Shown in pieces: positions 10,383-20,210 of a DNA stretch of 64,000 nucleotides. Under the pieces are notes generated by a model. The model was given only the letters and a program-made list of their open reading frames with translations, had not been told where the DNA came from and ran no database searches. Source of the DNA: an uncultured delta proteobacterium. Its GTDB lineage: Bacteria > Myxococcota_A > Polyangia > Polyangiales > Polyangiaceae. Every line of letters starts with the position of its first letter. The first letter of the stretch is position 1. Position numbers and translations under genes: made by a program. The stretch is taken from NCBI GenBank assembly GCA_963806225.1, contig CAWDXG010000004.1:2400001-2464000 (forward strand), given 5' to 3'.

Positions 10383-11426
10383 TCAATCGTCATCGTCGTC
10401 ATCCATCTCGATGCTCGCCGGCGTCATCATGGCGCCGGCCACGAAGAAGAAGATGCCGCCGATCAGACCGACGATTCCCGCCGCGAAGTACGGCACGGAA
10501 CTGCCCTTGACCGGCGTGATCCAGGCCTGGATATTGCCGCCGATCTGCTTGTATGTCGGCTGCTCGGTGTACAGGTGGGCGAAGTACGTGCCCTTCTTCG
10601 GCACGGTGAGCTTGAAGTCGAACTTGTTCTTCTGCTCGTCCCAGCGACCCTCGTCGTAGCCCGTCTCGTGCCAGAACTCGTAGCCGAAGCCGAACAGGTA
10701 CTCCTTGTTCTGGTCGAGCATCTCGCCGTCGAGGTACGACCAGCCGTAGCCGTTCAGCGTCTCCTTGACGGTGAACTCGAGCACCGTGTTGTCCTTGGAC
10801 ACGACGATCGGACCGAGAATGCCGCCGCTCGACGGCAACGTGCCCGAGACCGTCTTGCCGTCGTCGGAGCCGAACACGGCCGACGTGATCAGGCACAGGA
10901 TCCCGAAGACGAAGATCATCATGCCCGCGATGCGGACGGTGCGTCCGACCTCGCGCTTGCGGTCGGTCTCCGACTTGATCGGATTGACCGGCTGGAACGA
11001 CCCGGGGGGCTGCGGCGCGCCGTAGCCCGGCGCTTGCGGATCGGGCTGGCCGGGTGCGCCGTACCCCGGCTGCTGCGGAGGCACGTAGCCCGGCTGTGGC
11101 TGGCCCGGAGCGCCGTAGTCCGGTTGCTGCCCGGGAGCACCGTAGCCCGGCTGCTGCGGAGGCACGCCATAGCCCGGTTGCTGGGGCTGCCCGGGCGCGC
11201 CGTAGCCCGGCTGCTGCGGAGGCACGCCATAGCCGGGTTGCTGCGGCTGCTGCCCGGGCACGCCGTATCCCGGTTGCTGCGGCGCGGTGTAGCCCGGCTG
11301 CTGCGCCGGATAGGTCGCCTGTGGTTGCTGTCCGGCGCCGGGCTGTCCCGGCTGTGGTTGCCCCGGCGGCCCAGCCCCGCCAGGACCGCCACCCGGAGGA
11401 AAAGGATTCCCCGGAGGTCCCTGCAT
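10383..11426 (-). CDS. Protein resembling the C-terminal part of DUF4178 proteins, with a QQPGYG repeat N-terminus
   Basis: Pro/Gln/Gly repeats, [34 protein letters not shown]-terminal TM; operon context. Confidence 0.7.
   Translation of the reverse strand: MQGPPGNPFPPGGGPGGAGPPGQPQPGQPGAGQQPQATYPAQQPGYTAPQQPGYGVPGQQPQQPGYGVPPQQPGYGAPGQPQQPGYGVPPQQPGYGAPGQQPDYGAPGQPQPGYVPPQQPGYGAPGQPDPQAPGYGAPQPPGSFQPVNPIKSETDRKREVGRTVRIAGMMIFVFGILCLITSAVFGSDDGKTVSGTLPSSGGILGPIVVSKDNTVLEFTVKETLNGYGWSYLDGEMLDQNKEYLFGFGYEFWHETGYDEGRWDEQKNKFDFKLTVPKKGTYFAHLYTEQPTYKQIGGNIQAWITPVKGSSVPYFAAGIVGLIGGIFFFVAGAMMTPASIEMDDDDDD
11020..11310. repeat. Imperfect coding tandem repeats (QQPGYG[AV]P)
   Basis: Recurrent (c)gtagcccgg(c/t)tgctg motif at about 27-33 bp spacing. 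Confidence 0.85.
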
Positions 11427-11467
11427 CGCCTTTGATAATTCTCAAGAATGGCGCCGGAAGTCCACCG

Positions 11468-12613
11468 TTATCCGCGCGCCAGCACAGCGCGCAGCTCCGG
11501 TTGCTTGCGCATGCGCCAGATCCTTCCCTCGACCCAGTAGTGCCACAGCACGATCATCCAGAACGGGACGAAAAGCCACGACCAGCGCGGGCTCATCAGG
11601 CCCACGACCTCGATCACGCCCACGACCAGGCCGTATGCCAGCGCCATCAGCAGCCAGCGCCGCACCATGCGGCGCTTTTCCGGAAAGCGCTTGCGCTGGA
11701 AGTTCATCATCCAGCCCTGGTACTGCACGTCGTGATAGGTCGTCTCGAGCGCCTCGGCGACGAGGAACGGCGTCGCGGTGAAGTAGAGCACCAGCCCGCG
11801 CGTGCCGAGCGCCGCGGCCATCAGCAGGATCTTTGGCAAGATGATGGGGCGGCCGTTCATCAACAGCCAGATCTGCCGGAGCGCGAAGCAACCGAGCGAA
11901 AACAGGAAGCCGTACCAGACGACCTGGGCCATGAACGGCGGCAGGTTCGGGAAAGGCGCGCTGGCCTTGCCGTAGATGATCGTGTGCCGCGGGTTGCCCG
12001 TGTAGTCGTACAGATAGAACGCGAAGGCGCCGAGATAGAACGTCGCCGTGTCGATCCAGTGATCGAGCTTGTCGCGATCGTTGTTCACGGCCTTGTACGC
12101 GCGGAGGATGCCCCAGTGCTGGCGGATGATGTGCCAGCTGCCGAACAGCGCTCCGAACACGATCACGTACGGGTCCCAACCCACCGCCGAGAGTGCGAAG
12201 CCCGCCGCGATGAACGCCGCGAGCCCCCAGGTGTGCGCGATGCGGTACCGCGCGAAGTTCTCCCCGTCGACGTGCGTGCGCGAGAAGGTCTGGAAGATGT
12301 GCGGGTGGTCGAAGACGGTCGTGAACAGGAAGTACGTGATCAGCACGCTGCCGGCGTGCGGCGCGAAACCGAGATGGCACAGGCCGTGGTAGATGCCCAG
12401 GAACAGGACGGTCAGAAGGCAGCTGCCGATGAAGAAGAACAGGTCGTAGCGCTGCCCGACCAGCCAGTTGGCGGACACGCGCTTGCGAGCAGTGCGCGAG
12501 ACCGCGCGCCGGGCGACGGCCGGCGCAGGCCCGAGTCCACCCAGCTGCTCCGCACCGCTCGCGATCGCCAAGGGATCGTGCGGCGCGGTGCCGCTTTCCA
12601 CCGCGCTGGCCAC
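11468..12613 (-). CDS. Integral membrane protein with conserved His motifs (possible membrane metalloenzyme)
   Basis: DHPHIFQTFSR, WHIIRQHWG, YHDVQY, WHYW motifs between TM segments. Confidence 0.75.
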   Translation of the reverse strand: MASAVESGTAPHDPLAIASGAEQLGGLGPAPAVARRAVSRTARKRVSANWLVGQRYDLFFFIGSCLLTVLFLGIYHGLCHLGFAPHAGSVLITYFLFTTVFDHPHIFQTFSRTHVDGENFARYRIAHTWGLAAFIAAGFALSAVGWDPYVIVFGALFGSWHIIRQHWGILRAYKAVNNDRDKLDHWIDTATFYLGAFAFYLYDYTGNPRHTIIYGKASAPFPNLPPFMAQVVWYGFLFSLGCFALRQIWLLMNGRPIILPKILLMAAALGTRGLVLYFTATPFLVAEALETTYHDVQYQGWMMNFQRKRFPEKRRMVRRWLLMALAYGLVVGVIEVVGLMSPRWSWLFVPFWMIVLWHYWVEGRIWRMRKQPELRAVLARG

Positions 12614-12713
12614 AGTGCGGGCATCCTACCGGAACTCGTCCGCCGGCGCAGCCCATCCGGTCGTGTAAATGACTATCTGGCTGCCGCGAGGCGGATGGTA
12701 CGCTGGGTGCGCG

Positions 12714-12992
12714 ATGTCGGAACGGGGGGAAGTCAATGTGTCGCGGTTCCAGATCGGCGGCGTCGCTTTCGTAGTGGCCAGCCGCGACGTGCGGTCGCCG
12801 CTCGGTCGCTACGGGCTGACACCTGCCGAAGAGGCGGTGTGCCGGCTCGTGCTCGAGGGCAAGTCGAACGGCGAGGTCGCCGAGCTGCGCGGCACCTCGA
12901 CACGAACCGTCGCCAACCAGCTCCAATCCGTCTACATCAAGGTTGGCGTGCGCGGCCGGCGCGAGCTTGCCGCTGCACTCGGCGCCGGATAG
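12714..12992 (+). CDS. Small LuxR-type HTH protein
   Basis: LTPAEEAVCRLVLEGKSNGEVAELRGTSTRTVANQLQSVYIKVGV..RREL. Confidence 0.9.
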   Translation: MSERGEVNVSRFQIGGVAFVVASRDVRSPLGRYGLTPAEEAVCRLVLEGKSNGEVAELRGTSTRTVANQLQSVYIKVGVRGRRELAAALGAG

Positions 12993-12997
12993 CGGCC

Positions 12998-14038
12998 ATG
13001 CGCTACGCGGGGGCGATCAACGTCGTCGAGGCGGCGTATCAACTGGATCTCGACGAGACCGCCTGGATGCGCGCCCTGGGTCTCGCCGCAGCAAGCGCGA
13101 TCGGCAGCGATTTCCCCGTGATGGTCACGATCGCCGACACTCCGCCCGGCGACTTCCGCGTGCTCAAACGCGAGTTCGTGCCCGAGGACGCCGAGCTCGA
13201 GCGGCTGATCCTCGGCACGGAGTCGATGATGCCGCCGGACAGCCGCGCGCAAGCCTATCGGCAGCACGGCTGCGTCACGATCGCACAGTTCGCGGCGTCG
13301 CTGCCCGGTCTGGGCGTTGACGTGCTGCGCGCGATCTTCGCACCGGAGATGCATCCGCGCGGTATCCACGACGCCTTCATCGTTGTCGCCTCCGACGGCA
13401 GCGGCAGAGCGCTGAGCGTGCAGGGAGCGCTGCGCGAGGAGACGCCGAACATCCACCCCAAGGTCCGCAACGCCTGGAGCCGGATCGCCAGCCACATGAT
13501 CGCCGCGACGAGGCTGCGGCAGGCCGTCGGCGAGGAGCACGACATCCTCGGCTCCGCAGAAGCCGTGATGGCCCCGGACGGCCATCTGCTGCACGCCAGC
13601 GGTCGCGCGAAATCCCGGAGCGCGCGCCAGCGGCTGCGGGAGGCAGCCCTGGCGGTGGATCGGGCCCGGACGCGGGAGGGGCGCTCCAACGCCGACGAAG
13701 CACTGGATTCGTGGCGCGGGCTGTTCGCCGGCCGCTGGACGCTGGCCGAAACGTTCGACAGCGACGGGCGGCGCTTCGTGGTGGCGCACGTCAACGAACC
13801 GGAGACCGCCGAGGACCGGCGACTGACCCGGCGCGAGCGACAGGTCGCGGCGCTCGCCGGCGTCGGGCAGAGCGACGACATCATCGCCTACACGCTCGGC
13901 CTGGCGCCCGCGACCGTGCGCACCCACCTGGTCCGGGCCATGCGCAAGATGAACGTCACCTCCCGCATCCAGCTCATCGAAGTCGCCTCGATGCTGGTCG
14001 GTCCGGGGCGGAGCTGGGGACGAGCGGGCAAGAAATAG
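12998..14038 (+). CDS. LuxR-family transcriptional regulator with N-terminal sensor region
   Basis: C-terminal LTRRERQVAALAGVGQSDDIIAYTLGL...TVRTHL; true start ATG 12998 lies inside the long ORF 11054..14038. Confidence 0.9.
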   Translation: MRYAGAINVVEAAYQLDLDETAWMRALGLAAASAIGSDFPVMVTIADTPPGDFRVLKREFVPEDAELERLILGTESMMPPDSRAQAYRQHGCVTIAQFAASLPGLGVDVLRAIFAPEMHPRGIHDAFIVVASDGSGRALSVQGALREETPNIHPKVRNAWSRIASHMIAATRLRQAVGEEHDILGSAEAVMAPDGHLLHASGRAKSRSARQRLREAALAVDRARTREGRSNADEALDSWRGLFAGRWTLAETFDSDGRRFVVAHVNEPETAEDRRLTRRERQVAALAGVGQSDDIIAYTLGLAPATVRTHLVRAMRKMNVTSRIQLIEVASMLVGPGRSWGRAGKK

Positions 14039-14062
14039 CAACCTGATGCGTGTGCGACGAGC

Positions 14063-14971
14063 TCACGGCAGGCTGGCCAGGACGGCGAGCAGGTGCTCGC
14101 CCAGCCAGTCCGCGCCCGGCTCGTTGACGTGCGCGTCGCTGAAGATCGCCCAGTCCGGGTGGATGCAGGGCGCGCCGTCCGGGTCGTATGTGCGCTGCCC
14201 CGCAGCGTTGACGCTCTCCCAGTAGGCGAGGTCGAACACCCTGCCGGCGTAGCTGTGCCGGATGCGTTGGTTCCACTGCTCGTAGTGGACGTTGCCCCAG
14301 TAGGCGTCGCAGTTGTTGATGGGAAGGGTCGCGTGCACGAACAGCGTGCCGGGATACTTCGCCTCGAGCGCGTCCATCGTGGGCTTGTACACGGTGGAGA
14401 ACCACGTCGCCTGCGACACGCCGCCGGTCCCGGAAACGGTGCCATTTTCCTGGTCGATGTCCGGCGTGCCCAGCTTGAACACGACGATGTCCATGGCGCC
14501 GCCCAGCCCGCCGCGGATGTACTGATCGAATAGCGCGAGCTTGGTCGTGGGGTCGCCGTTGTACGCGCCGTGTGACCACTCGCCGACACGGCCCACGCCG
14601 ATGGCGCCAGCCGCGTGCACATCGGTCGCGACGGACGTGCCCGAGCCCGGTTGGTCAGCGACGATCTTGATCAGACCCCAGGTGGGGGCGGGCCAGGCGC
14701 CGATCGCCTGGTAGACGCCCATCGCTTCGCCTCCCACCGATGCATGCTGGAAGTATATGCGCTTGCCCGACAGCGCGGAGAGCCGCGCGAAGTCGGTGAC
14801 GGGAGCCGCGGCATCGCTGGCATCGCTCGTTGTGCTCGCGTCGATCGCTCCGTCCTCTCCTGCGTCGACCGCGACCGCGGAGGTCGGCCCCACTTCACAA
14901 GCCCAGAGCCCTGCCCACAACACAGCCAGGACCAGAAAGCGCGCGCGATCCGGAAACGCAGAAGCCAGCAT
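14063..14971 (-). CDS. Lipoprotein, possibly SGNH-hydrolase-like
   Basis: LWAC lipobox; IYFQHASVG, NGDP..K, VFDLA..ES, D.H.NE.G motifs. Confidence 0.7.
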   Translation of the reverse strand: MLASAFPDRARFLVLAVLWAGLWACEVGPTSAVAVDAGEDGAIDASTTSDASDAAAPVTDFARLSALSGKRIYFQHASVGGEAMGVYQAIGAWPAPTWGLIKIVADQPGSGTSVATDVHAAGAIGVGRVGEWSHGAYNGDPTTKLALFDQYIRGGLGGAMDIVVFKLGTPDIDQENGTVSGTGGVSQATWFSTVYKPTMDALEAKYPGTLFVHATLPINNCDAYWGNVHYEQWNQRIRHSYAGRVFDLAYWESVNAAGQRTYDPDGAPCIHPDWAIFSDAHVNEPGADWLGEHLLAVLASLP

Positions 14972-15321
14972 GAGCGCACCCTCCCCCTGGCTCGAATCGA
15001 GCAAGCGCCGTGCCAAGCGCGCCTGCTATTGCGCGTCGAACAGCTGCGCTTGCACGCCATCCGCGCAGAGCCCGGCCCTGGGCCGACGCCGGTCAGGGCA
15101 GATACGCCCCGGCGAACACCGTCAGATTCGCGTCGTTCGCGGCGATGGGGACGGTCGTGCAGCTGTCGCCGCCGTCGCTGGTGACGATGCCGGACGGCCA
15201 GAGCTCCAAGAAGGGCTGCGCGCCGCTCGAGGGGCAGCGCTCCGTCAGCGACATCGTTGCGGGCGGCGGCCGGGTTCTGACCGTAGGTCCGGGCCTCGCT
15301 CTGCCGCCCTCGCGCGCTCCG

Positions 15322-16863
15322 CTATTCGCCCGGCAATGGCGCCGCGACCGCGGGAACAGGCTGTTCGCGGCTCCCTCGCGGCGCGACCGCTCCAGGCACC
15401 AGCTCGTAGTGGGCGGGGTCGAAATGGCGCGTTCGCGCCCGGAACTCGAAGGTGAAGCCCGGCCAGAGCGTGGTGTTCTTGCCGGTGCTGGTCTGGTACC
15501 AGCTCACGCAGCCGGTCGACCACACGGTGCGCGACAGCCGCTGGTGCAGGCGCTGGTTGTAGCGGTCCTGCGCGTCACGGCGCACGTCCATCAGCTTGAG
15601 GCCACGTGCGCGCAGCGTCTTCACGGCACGCAGGATGTACTCCACCTGCGACTCGATGATGTACACCATGGAGCTGTGGCCGAGCCCGGTGTTCGGGCCC
15701 ACGATCATGAAGAAGTTCGGGAAGCCCGCGACGGTCGTGCCCTTGTACGCCTCGGCGCCGTCCGCCCACTCGGTGTTCAGGTCGCGACCGCCGCGCCCGC
15801 GCACCTCGAACGGCGCGACGGCCTCCGCCGCCTGGAAACCGGTCGCGCAGATGATCGCGTCGAGCCGGTGCAGCGTGCCGTCGCGCGTCAGGATGCCCTC
15901 GGGGCGAACCTCCTGTATTCCGTCGGTCACCACGTCGACGTTGTCGCGGCAGAGCGCCGGGTAGTAGTCGTTCGTGAGCAGCACGCGCTTGCAGCCGAGC
16001 GTGTAGTCCGGCGTCAGCTTCGCGCGGAGCTCCCGATCGGGCACGGCCCGCCGGAGGTAGCGGAGCGCGAAGCGCTCGGCGAACTTGTTGATGCGCGGGT
16101 CGACCACGAAACCGAGCGCGAACAGCTCGTGGCGCCAGTACTGCGCGTAGCGGGCCAGCCGCTGCGTGAAGGGCAAGCGACGGAAGCGTCGCTGCTCGTC
16201 CGGCGTGATGTCGCGGTCGGGCTTGGGCAGAATCCACGGCGGCGTGCGCTGGAACACCGCGAGCCGACCGACGGTCGGCGCTATCGACGGCACGATCTGG
16301 ATCGCGCTCGCGCCGGTACCGATGACGCCCACCATCTTGCCCTCGAGCGGCGTGTCGTGATCCCAGCGCGCCGAGTGGAAGAGCGCGCCTTCGAAGCCGT
16401 CGAGCCCCGGAATGTCCGGGTACGACGGGCGGCTAAGACCGCCGCATCCGGAAACCAGCACGCGTGCGATGAGGTGCTCGCCGTCCTCGGTCTGCACGTC
16501 CCAGAGCCCGGTGTCCTCGTCGAAGCGCGCAGCGGTGACCGCGGTGCCGAGACGCAGATGCGGGCGCAGCCCGAACTCGTCCACGCAGCGCACCAGGTAG
16601 TCGAGGATCTCCTTCTGCGGCGCGAACTGCCGCGACCAGTCCGGGTTCGGCGCGAACGAGAACGAGTACAGGTGCGACTCCACGTCGCAGGCCGCGCCCG
16701 GATAGTGGTTGTCGCGCCAGGTTCCGCCGACCTGGTCGGCCTGCTCGAGGATCGTGAAGTCCTCGATCCCGGCCTGCTTGAGGCGGATGCCCATGCCGAT
16801 GCCGGCAAAGCCGGAGCCGATGATCAGGATGTGGTCGTTGCGCGGGGAGCTCGGCTCTGCCAT
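15322..16863 (-). CDS. Baeyer-Villiger / flavin-containing monooxygenase
   Basis: GSGFAG, GGTWRDNHYPG, BVMO fingerprint FEGALFHSARWD (FxGxxxHxxxW), GTGASA, ATGF. Confidence 0.95.
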   Translation of the reverse strand: MAEPSSPRNDHILIIGSGFAGIGMGIRLKQAGIEDFTILEQADQVGGTWRDNHYPGAACDVESHLYSFSFAPNPDWSRQFAPQKEILDYLVRCVDEFGLRPHLRLGTAVTAARFDEDTGLWDVQTEDGEHLIARVLVSGCGGLSRPSYPDIPGLDGFEGALFHSARWDHDTPLEGKMVGVIGTGASAIQIVPSIAPTVGRLAVFQRTPPWILPKPDRDITPDEQRRFRRLPFTQRLARYAQYWRHELFALGFVVDPRINKFAERFALRYLRRAVPDRELRAKLTPDYTLGCKRVLLTNDYYPALCRDNVDVVTDGIQEVRPEGILTRDGTLHRLDAIICATGFQAAEAVAPFEVRGRGGRDLNTEWADGAEAYKGTTVAGFPNFFMIVGPNTGLGHSSMVYIIESQVEYILRAVKTLRARGLKLMDVRRDAQDRYNQRLHQRLSRTVWSTGCVSWYQTSTGKNTTLWPGFTFEFRARTRHFDPAHYELVPGAVAPRGSREQPVPAVAAPLPGE

Positions 16864-16864
16864 A

Positions 16865-16888
16865 TTCGCCGATACTTGTATCGGCGAA
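16865..16888. promoter_or_regulatory. Perfect inverted repeat, candidate TetR operator
   Basis: TTCGCCGATAC-tt-GTATCGGCGAA immediately before the BVMO ATG, between divergent BVMO and tetR genes. Confidence 0.65.
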
Positions 16889-17006
16889 GCGGACTGTCAA
16901 GGGATCCAGCTAAAAGCCTATATTTCTGTGCTTGTTGACGGGCTTGCGGGTCGCATTCGACCCTGGTAACCGATGGTATCATCAGCATGAAGACGGAGCT
17001 CCGACC

Positions 17007-17630
17007 GTGACGCGTGCCCTGACGCGCGAGGAATCGAAGCTGATCACGCGGCGCCGTCTGCTGGAGGCGGCCGCGAAGATCCTCCGCGAGGCGGGCTCGG
17101 GGAAGCTGAGCGCCAGCGCGGTCGCTCGCGAGGCGGGCATCGCGCAGCCGACCTTCTACGTGCACTTCAAGGACAAGGACGATCTGCTCCACACGCTCGC
17201 CCGCGAGAAGCTCGACGCGATGCGCCGCCCGCTCAAGGAGGCGCGGCGCGAGTTGGCGACCGGAGAAGGCGGGCTCGAAGCACTGCAGCGCACCTTTCGT
17301 CTTCCGCTCGAGGCGCTGGTCGAGCACCCCGAGCTGTTCCGCCTGTACGTCCAGCAGTTCCACGACCCGGGTTCGGTGTTCGGCGCGCAGGCGCGCGAGC
17401 TGCACCGCGAGCTCGAGCAGGATCTGGTGGAGGATCTGGTCGCGCTGGGTGTTCCGGCGGAGAGCGCGGCCGAACGGCAGCGTCTGGAGATGCTGGCAGC
17501 GGGGATGATCGCGCTCACGCAGACGCTCGCTCTCGGATACGTGGACGGGCACTACAGCGATCTGGATGCGGTCGTCGACGTGCTGACGCGTTTCGCCCTC
17601 GGCGCCGTGAGTCCGCTGCCCGCGACCTGA
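17007..17630 (+). CDS. TetR/AcrR family regulator
   Basis: TRRRLLEAA...AVAREAGIAQPTFYVHFKDKDDLL; GGAG RBS before GTG 17007. Confidence 0.93.
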   Translation: MTRALTREESKLITRRRLLEAAAKILREAGSGKLSASAVAREAGIAQPTFYVHFKDKDDLLHTLAREKLDAMRRPLKEARRELATGEGGLEALQRTFRLPLEALVEHPELFRLYVQQFHDPGSVFGAQARELHRELEQDLVEDLVALGVPAESAAERQRLEMLAAGMIALTQTLALGYVDGHYSDLDAVVDVLTRFALGAVSPLPAT

Positions 17631-17801
17631 ACCATGACGGCGATGTCACACCGACAGTCGTGTGGGAGCGTACGCGTGCGGTCCCGGACAGATGGCACGC
17701 CTGTTGCTCGGTATCGACCGCTCGCGTGAAGCTGCTGGGGTGGCTTGCGGGGGCCTGGCGCGAGGAGCGCGCCACGCGGTTGGGCGCCGCACCGACATCG
17801 T

Positions 17802-18320
17802 CTAGGTGCACTTCGCCTCGAGAACCTCGCCGAGGTGCCGGAGCACGAGCGCGTGAAGGTGCCCGGGACAGGCGACCTTGCCGGGCATTTCTGTAGCTCT
17901 CACACCGTCAGGATAGAGGCAGAGCTTCACCCCAGCGTCGGTCTGGAAGCACACGACCCCATCGACCAGGCGGGCGGTCCGCCCATACCCGTGGCTCAAG
18001 CCTAGCTCCGTCACGCGCCCGTCGATGGCGACCGGTCCCTCGATCGAATCCGGCGTCGCCGACCACGCGGCCAACAATCCGACGACGATGGCCGCGCCTC
18101 CCATGGCCACCCGAGGCAGGTCGGCCGCCTTCGCGATCAGGAGACCGAGCCCGAAGGCGATCCCCACCTGGAGGCTGATGCGCACGACCACCCAGAACCG
18201 CCAGTTGTGCGGATCAAGCGGGATGAACATCGTGAATCCGGCGCCACACATCAAGACGCCTACGGCGATCACCAGTCCGCTCACCATCAGCACCGTGCCC
18301 CGCTTGCCCAGCTCCTTCAT
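17802..18320 (-). CDS. Hypothetical membrane protein
   Basis: Three TM-like segments followed by a small Cys-containing domain. Confidence 0.55.
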   Translation of the reverse strand: MKELGKRGTVLMVSGLVIAVGVLMCGAGFTMFIPLDPHNWRFWVVVRISLQVGIAFGLGLLIAKAADLPRVAMGGAAIVVGLLAAWSATPDSIEGPVAIDGRVTELGLSHGYGRTARLVDGVVCFQTDAGVKLCLYPDGVRATEMPGKVACPGHLHALVLRHLGEVLEAKCT

Positions 18321-18572
18321 CGGCTCCCGATCTGTGCCACCGCATCGCTGCGTCGCACAACCCGGCGCACCAGCTCCTCGCGCGTCCCGACCGCGAACTT
18401 GCGCAGCACCCACATGGAGTGCCGGTACCACCCGATGACATAGTACCACGACGCCCCCCCTCTCGAGAGTCCGATCACTGTCGGGTGCCGTTCGCTCCGC
18501 GGCGCGCGGCCCAGCATCCTCGCGTTCAGCCGGCACAGCGACAGCGCGTGGCGCGCCGCCGCACTCGGCCCA

Positions 18573-20033
18573 CTACGCGCGGCGGGAGCTCGGCGGCGGC
18601 GCGTCGTCGGTACCGGCCACCGGCACCGAGATGAACCGCTGCGGCCCGCTCTCGGCGTCCCAGCGCATCAGCGACGCGACCGGCCTGCCGTCGATCTGCT
18701 GCACGACCAGGTGCGTGCGCGACGCGGGTGCGGCGGGGCTTCTGCCCTCGGGGGTTTCCTCCTCCGCCCACGCGCCAAGGTTGACGTAGGTCGCGTCGAC
18801 GCCCTCGGCGCGCTTCACCTCGGGCGCATGCGTGTGCCCCATCACTATGAAAGCCGCCGGGAAAAGCGCCGAGACCTGCGCTGCGCGCTCGCGCAACGAA
18901 GCGCTGGCATCGATGGCGCCGCGAGCGCGCCGCCACAGCCAGGCCGCAGGGACCACGAGCGAAAGTGCGACCGCGACCTCCAGCCCAAACGCCGGCGTCC
19001 AGCGCGCCGCCAGGAGCCACACCAGCGCGGCCAACGCGAGCACCGCCAGCGCCACGCGATCGAGCATCACGCCGGCGAGGATGCGGAAGATGCTGCGCGT
19101 GATCGGCGGTCGCTGCAGCGACGCCAGCGCGCGCAGCTTGACCAGACTGAGCTGCTTCGCTTCGGCGAGCAGCCCCATGCGCCGCTCGTGCTCCTGGCGG
19201 ACCCAACGCGCCGCGTCGCCGACGTGCTCGCGCCACAGCGAGATCAGCGCGGCGATGGCCACGACGAAGCGCTGCCCCAGCCTGAGCATGCCGCCCACCC
19301 CCAACTCCGCCCCGAAGCGCAGGTAGTCGAGCGCGGTCGCCGTGTCGTGGCCGGCTTCCATCATGCCGCGCGTGGGGCGCACCACGTAGCGCAAGAGGAT
19401 GTCCGAGAGCGAGCGCAGCGAGCGCTTCGGATCGCTCGGCATCACTGGATTCAGGATGTGATCGTAGGAGCAGTAGTCGTCGTACTGGTGACCATGCTCG
19501 ATATAGACGACGCCTTCCTCGTAATAGAACCATTCGGCAAACTGGACACGTCCGCGGGCCGTCGGCGCGTGCGATGCCAGGATATCGGAGAACAATGACT
19601 GGACCGGCTCCCAGTGGAAGTCGACATCGTGGTTGCCGCGTACGACCACCAGCGTGTTGCCCTCGGCGACGAAGCGCGCCAGCGCGGCGAAGACCGTATC
19701 GTGATGGGCCGCGACGCGGCGGAGCTTCTCCAGCGTGTGGTCCACGGCGCTGCCGAGCCCGTGCAGCCGCTCCTCCTCGTTCGGCTCGGTCTGGAGCTCT
19801 CCGGCCGGAGCAGAAACGCTCATGCCGACGAAATCGACCAGGTCCCCGGCGATGACCAGCCGCCATGGGCGCCCGCCCCGGGGCCGCTCGCGGTACCAGT
19901 CGAGCAGCGCCACGAGCTCGCGATCCCGCCGTAGCCCCGCCTTCCCACGCGCCGGGGCGCCCGGCCGCGCGTGCTGCACCAGGTCGCTCCCCAGGTGCAC
20001 GTCGGACAGGACAAGAAGGTTATGGGCGTTCAT
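18573..20033 (-). CDS. Calcineurin-like metallophosphoesterase with TM segments
   Basis: SDVHLG, GDLVD, GNHD, EHGHQYD, MGHTH, YVNLG motifs. Confidence 0.9.
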   Translation of the reverse strand: MNAHNLLVLSDVHLGSDLVQHARPGAPARGKAGLRRDRELVALLDWYRERPRGGRPWRLVIAGDLVDFVGMSVSAPAGELQTEPNEEERLHGLGSAVDHTLEKLRRVAAHHDTVFAALARFVAEGNTLVVVRGNHDVDFHWEPVQSLFSDILASHAPTARGRVQFAEWFYYEEGVVYIEHGHQYDDYCSYDHILNPVMPSDPKRSLRSLSDILLRYVVRPTRGMMEAGHDTATALDYLRFGAELGVGGMLRLGQRFVVAIAALISLWREHVGDAARWVRQEHERRMGLLAEAKQLSLVKLRALASLQRPPITRSIFRILAGVMLDRVALAVLALAALVWLLAARWTPAFGLEVAVALSLVVPAAWLWRRARGAIDASASLRERAAQVSALFPAAFIVMGHTHAPEVKRAEGVDATYVNLGAWAEEETPEGRSPAAPASRTHLVVQQIDGRPVASLMRWDAESGPQRFISVPVAGTDDAPPPSSRRA

Positions 20034-20210
20034 CGAGCCGGATTCCTCTGCAGACTAGTATGGATCCGCGGGGCCGTCCCGTCACGTCTCCGGCCCGGAT
20101 CCCCGGGCAGGATCCGGTCACGATCGCGTCAGGAAGCGCTCGCGCGGCGGCACGGATCTTCGCTACGCTGCCGCCCGCGGAGCGGAAATCCGCAGGAAAG
20201 GTGACCAAGC

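Noticed and set aside
11020..11310. Spaced repeats as CRISPR or DGR
   Set aside because: They encode a QQPGYG low-complexity region within a CDS
11054..12997. N-terminal extension of the LuxR ORF to 994 aa
   Set aside because: Overlaps real genes; ATG 12998 follows the mini-LuxR stop
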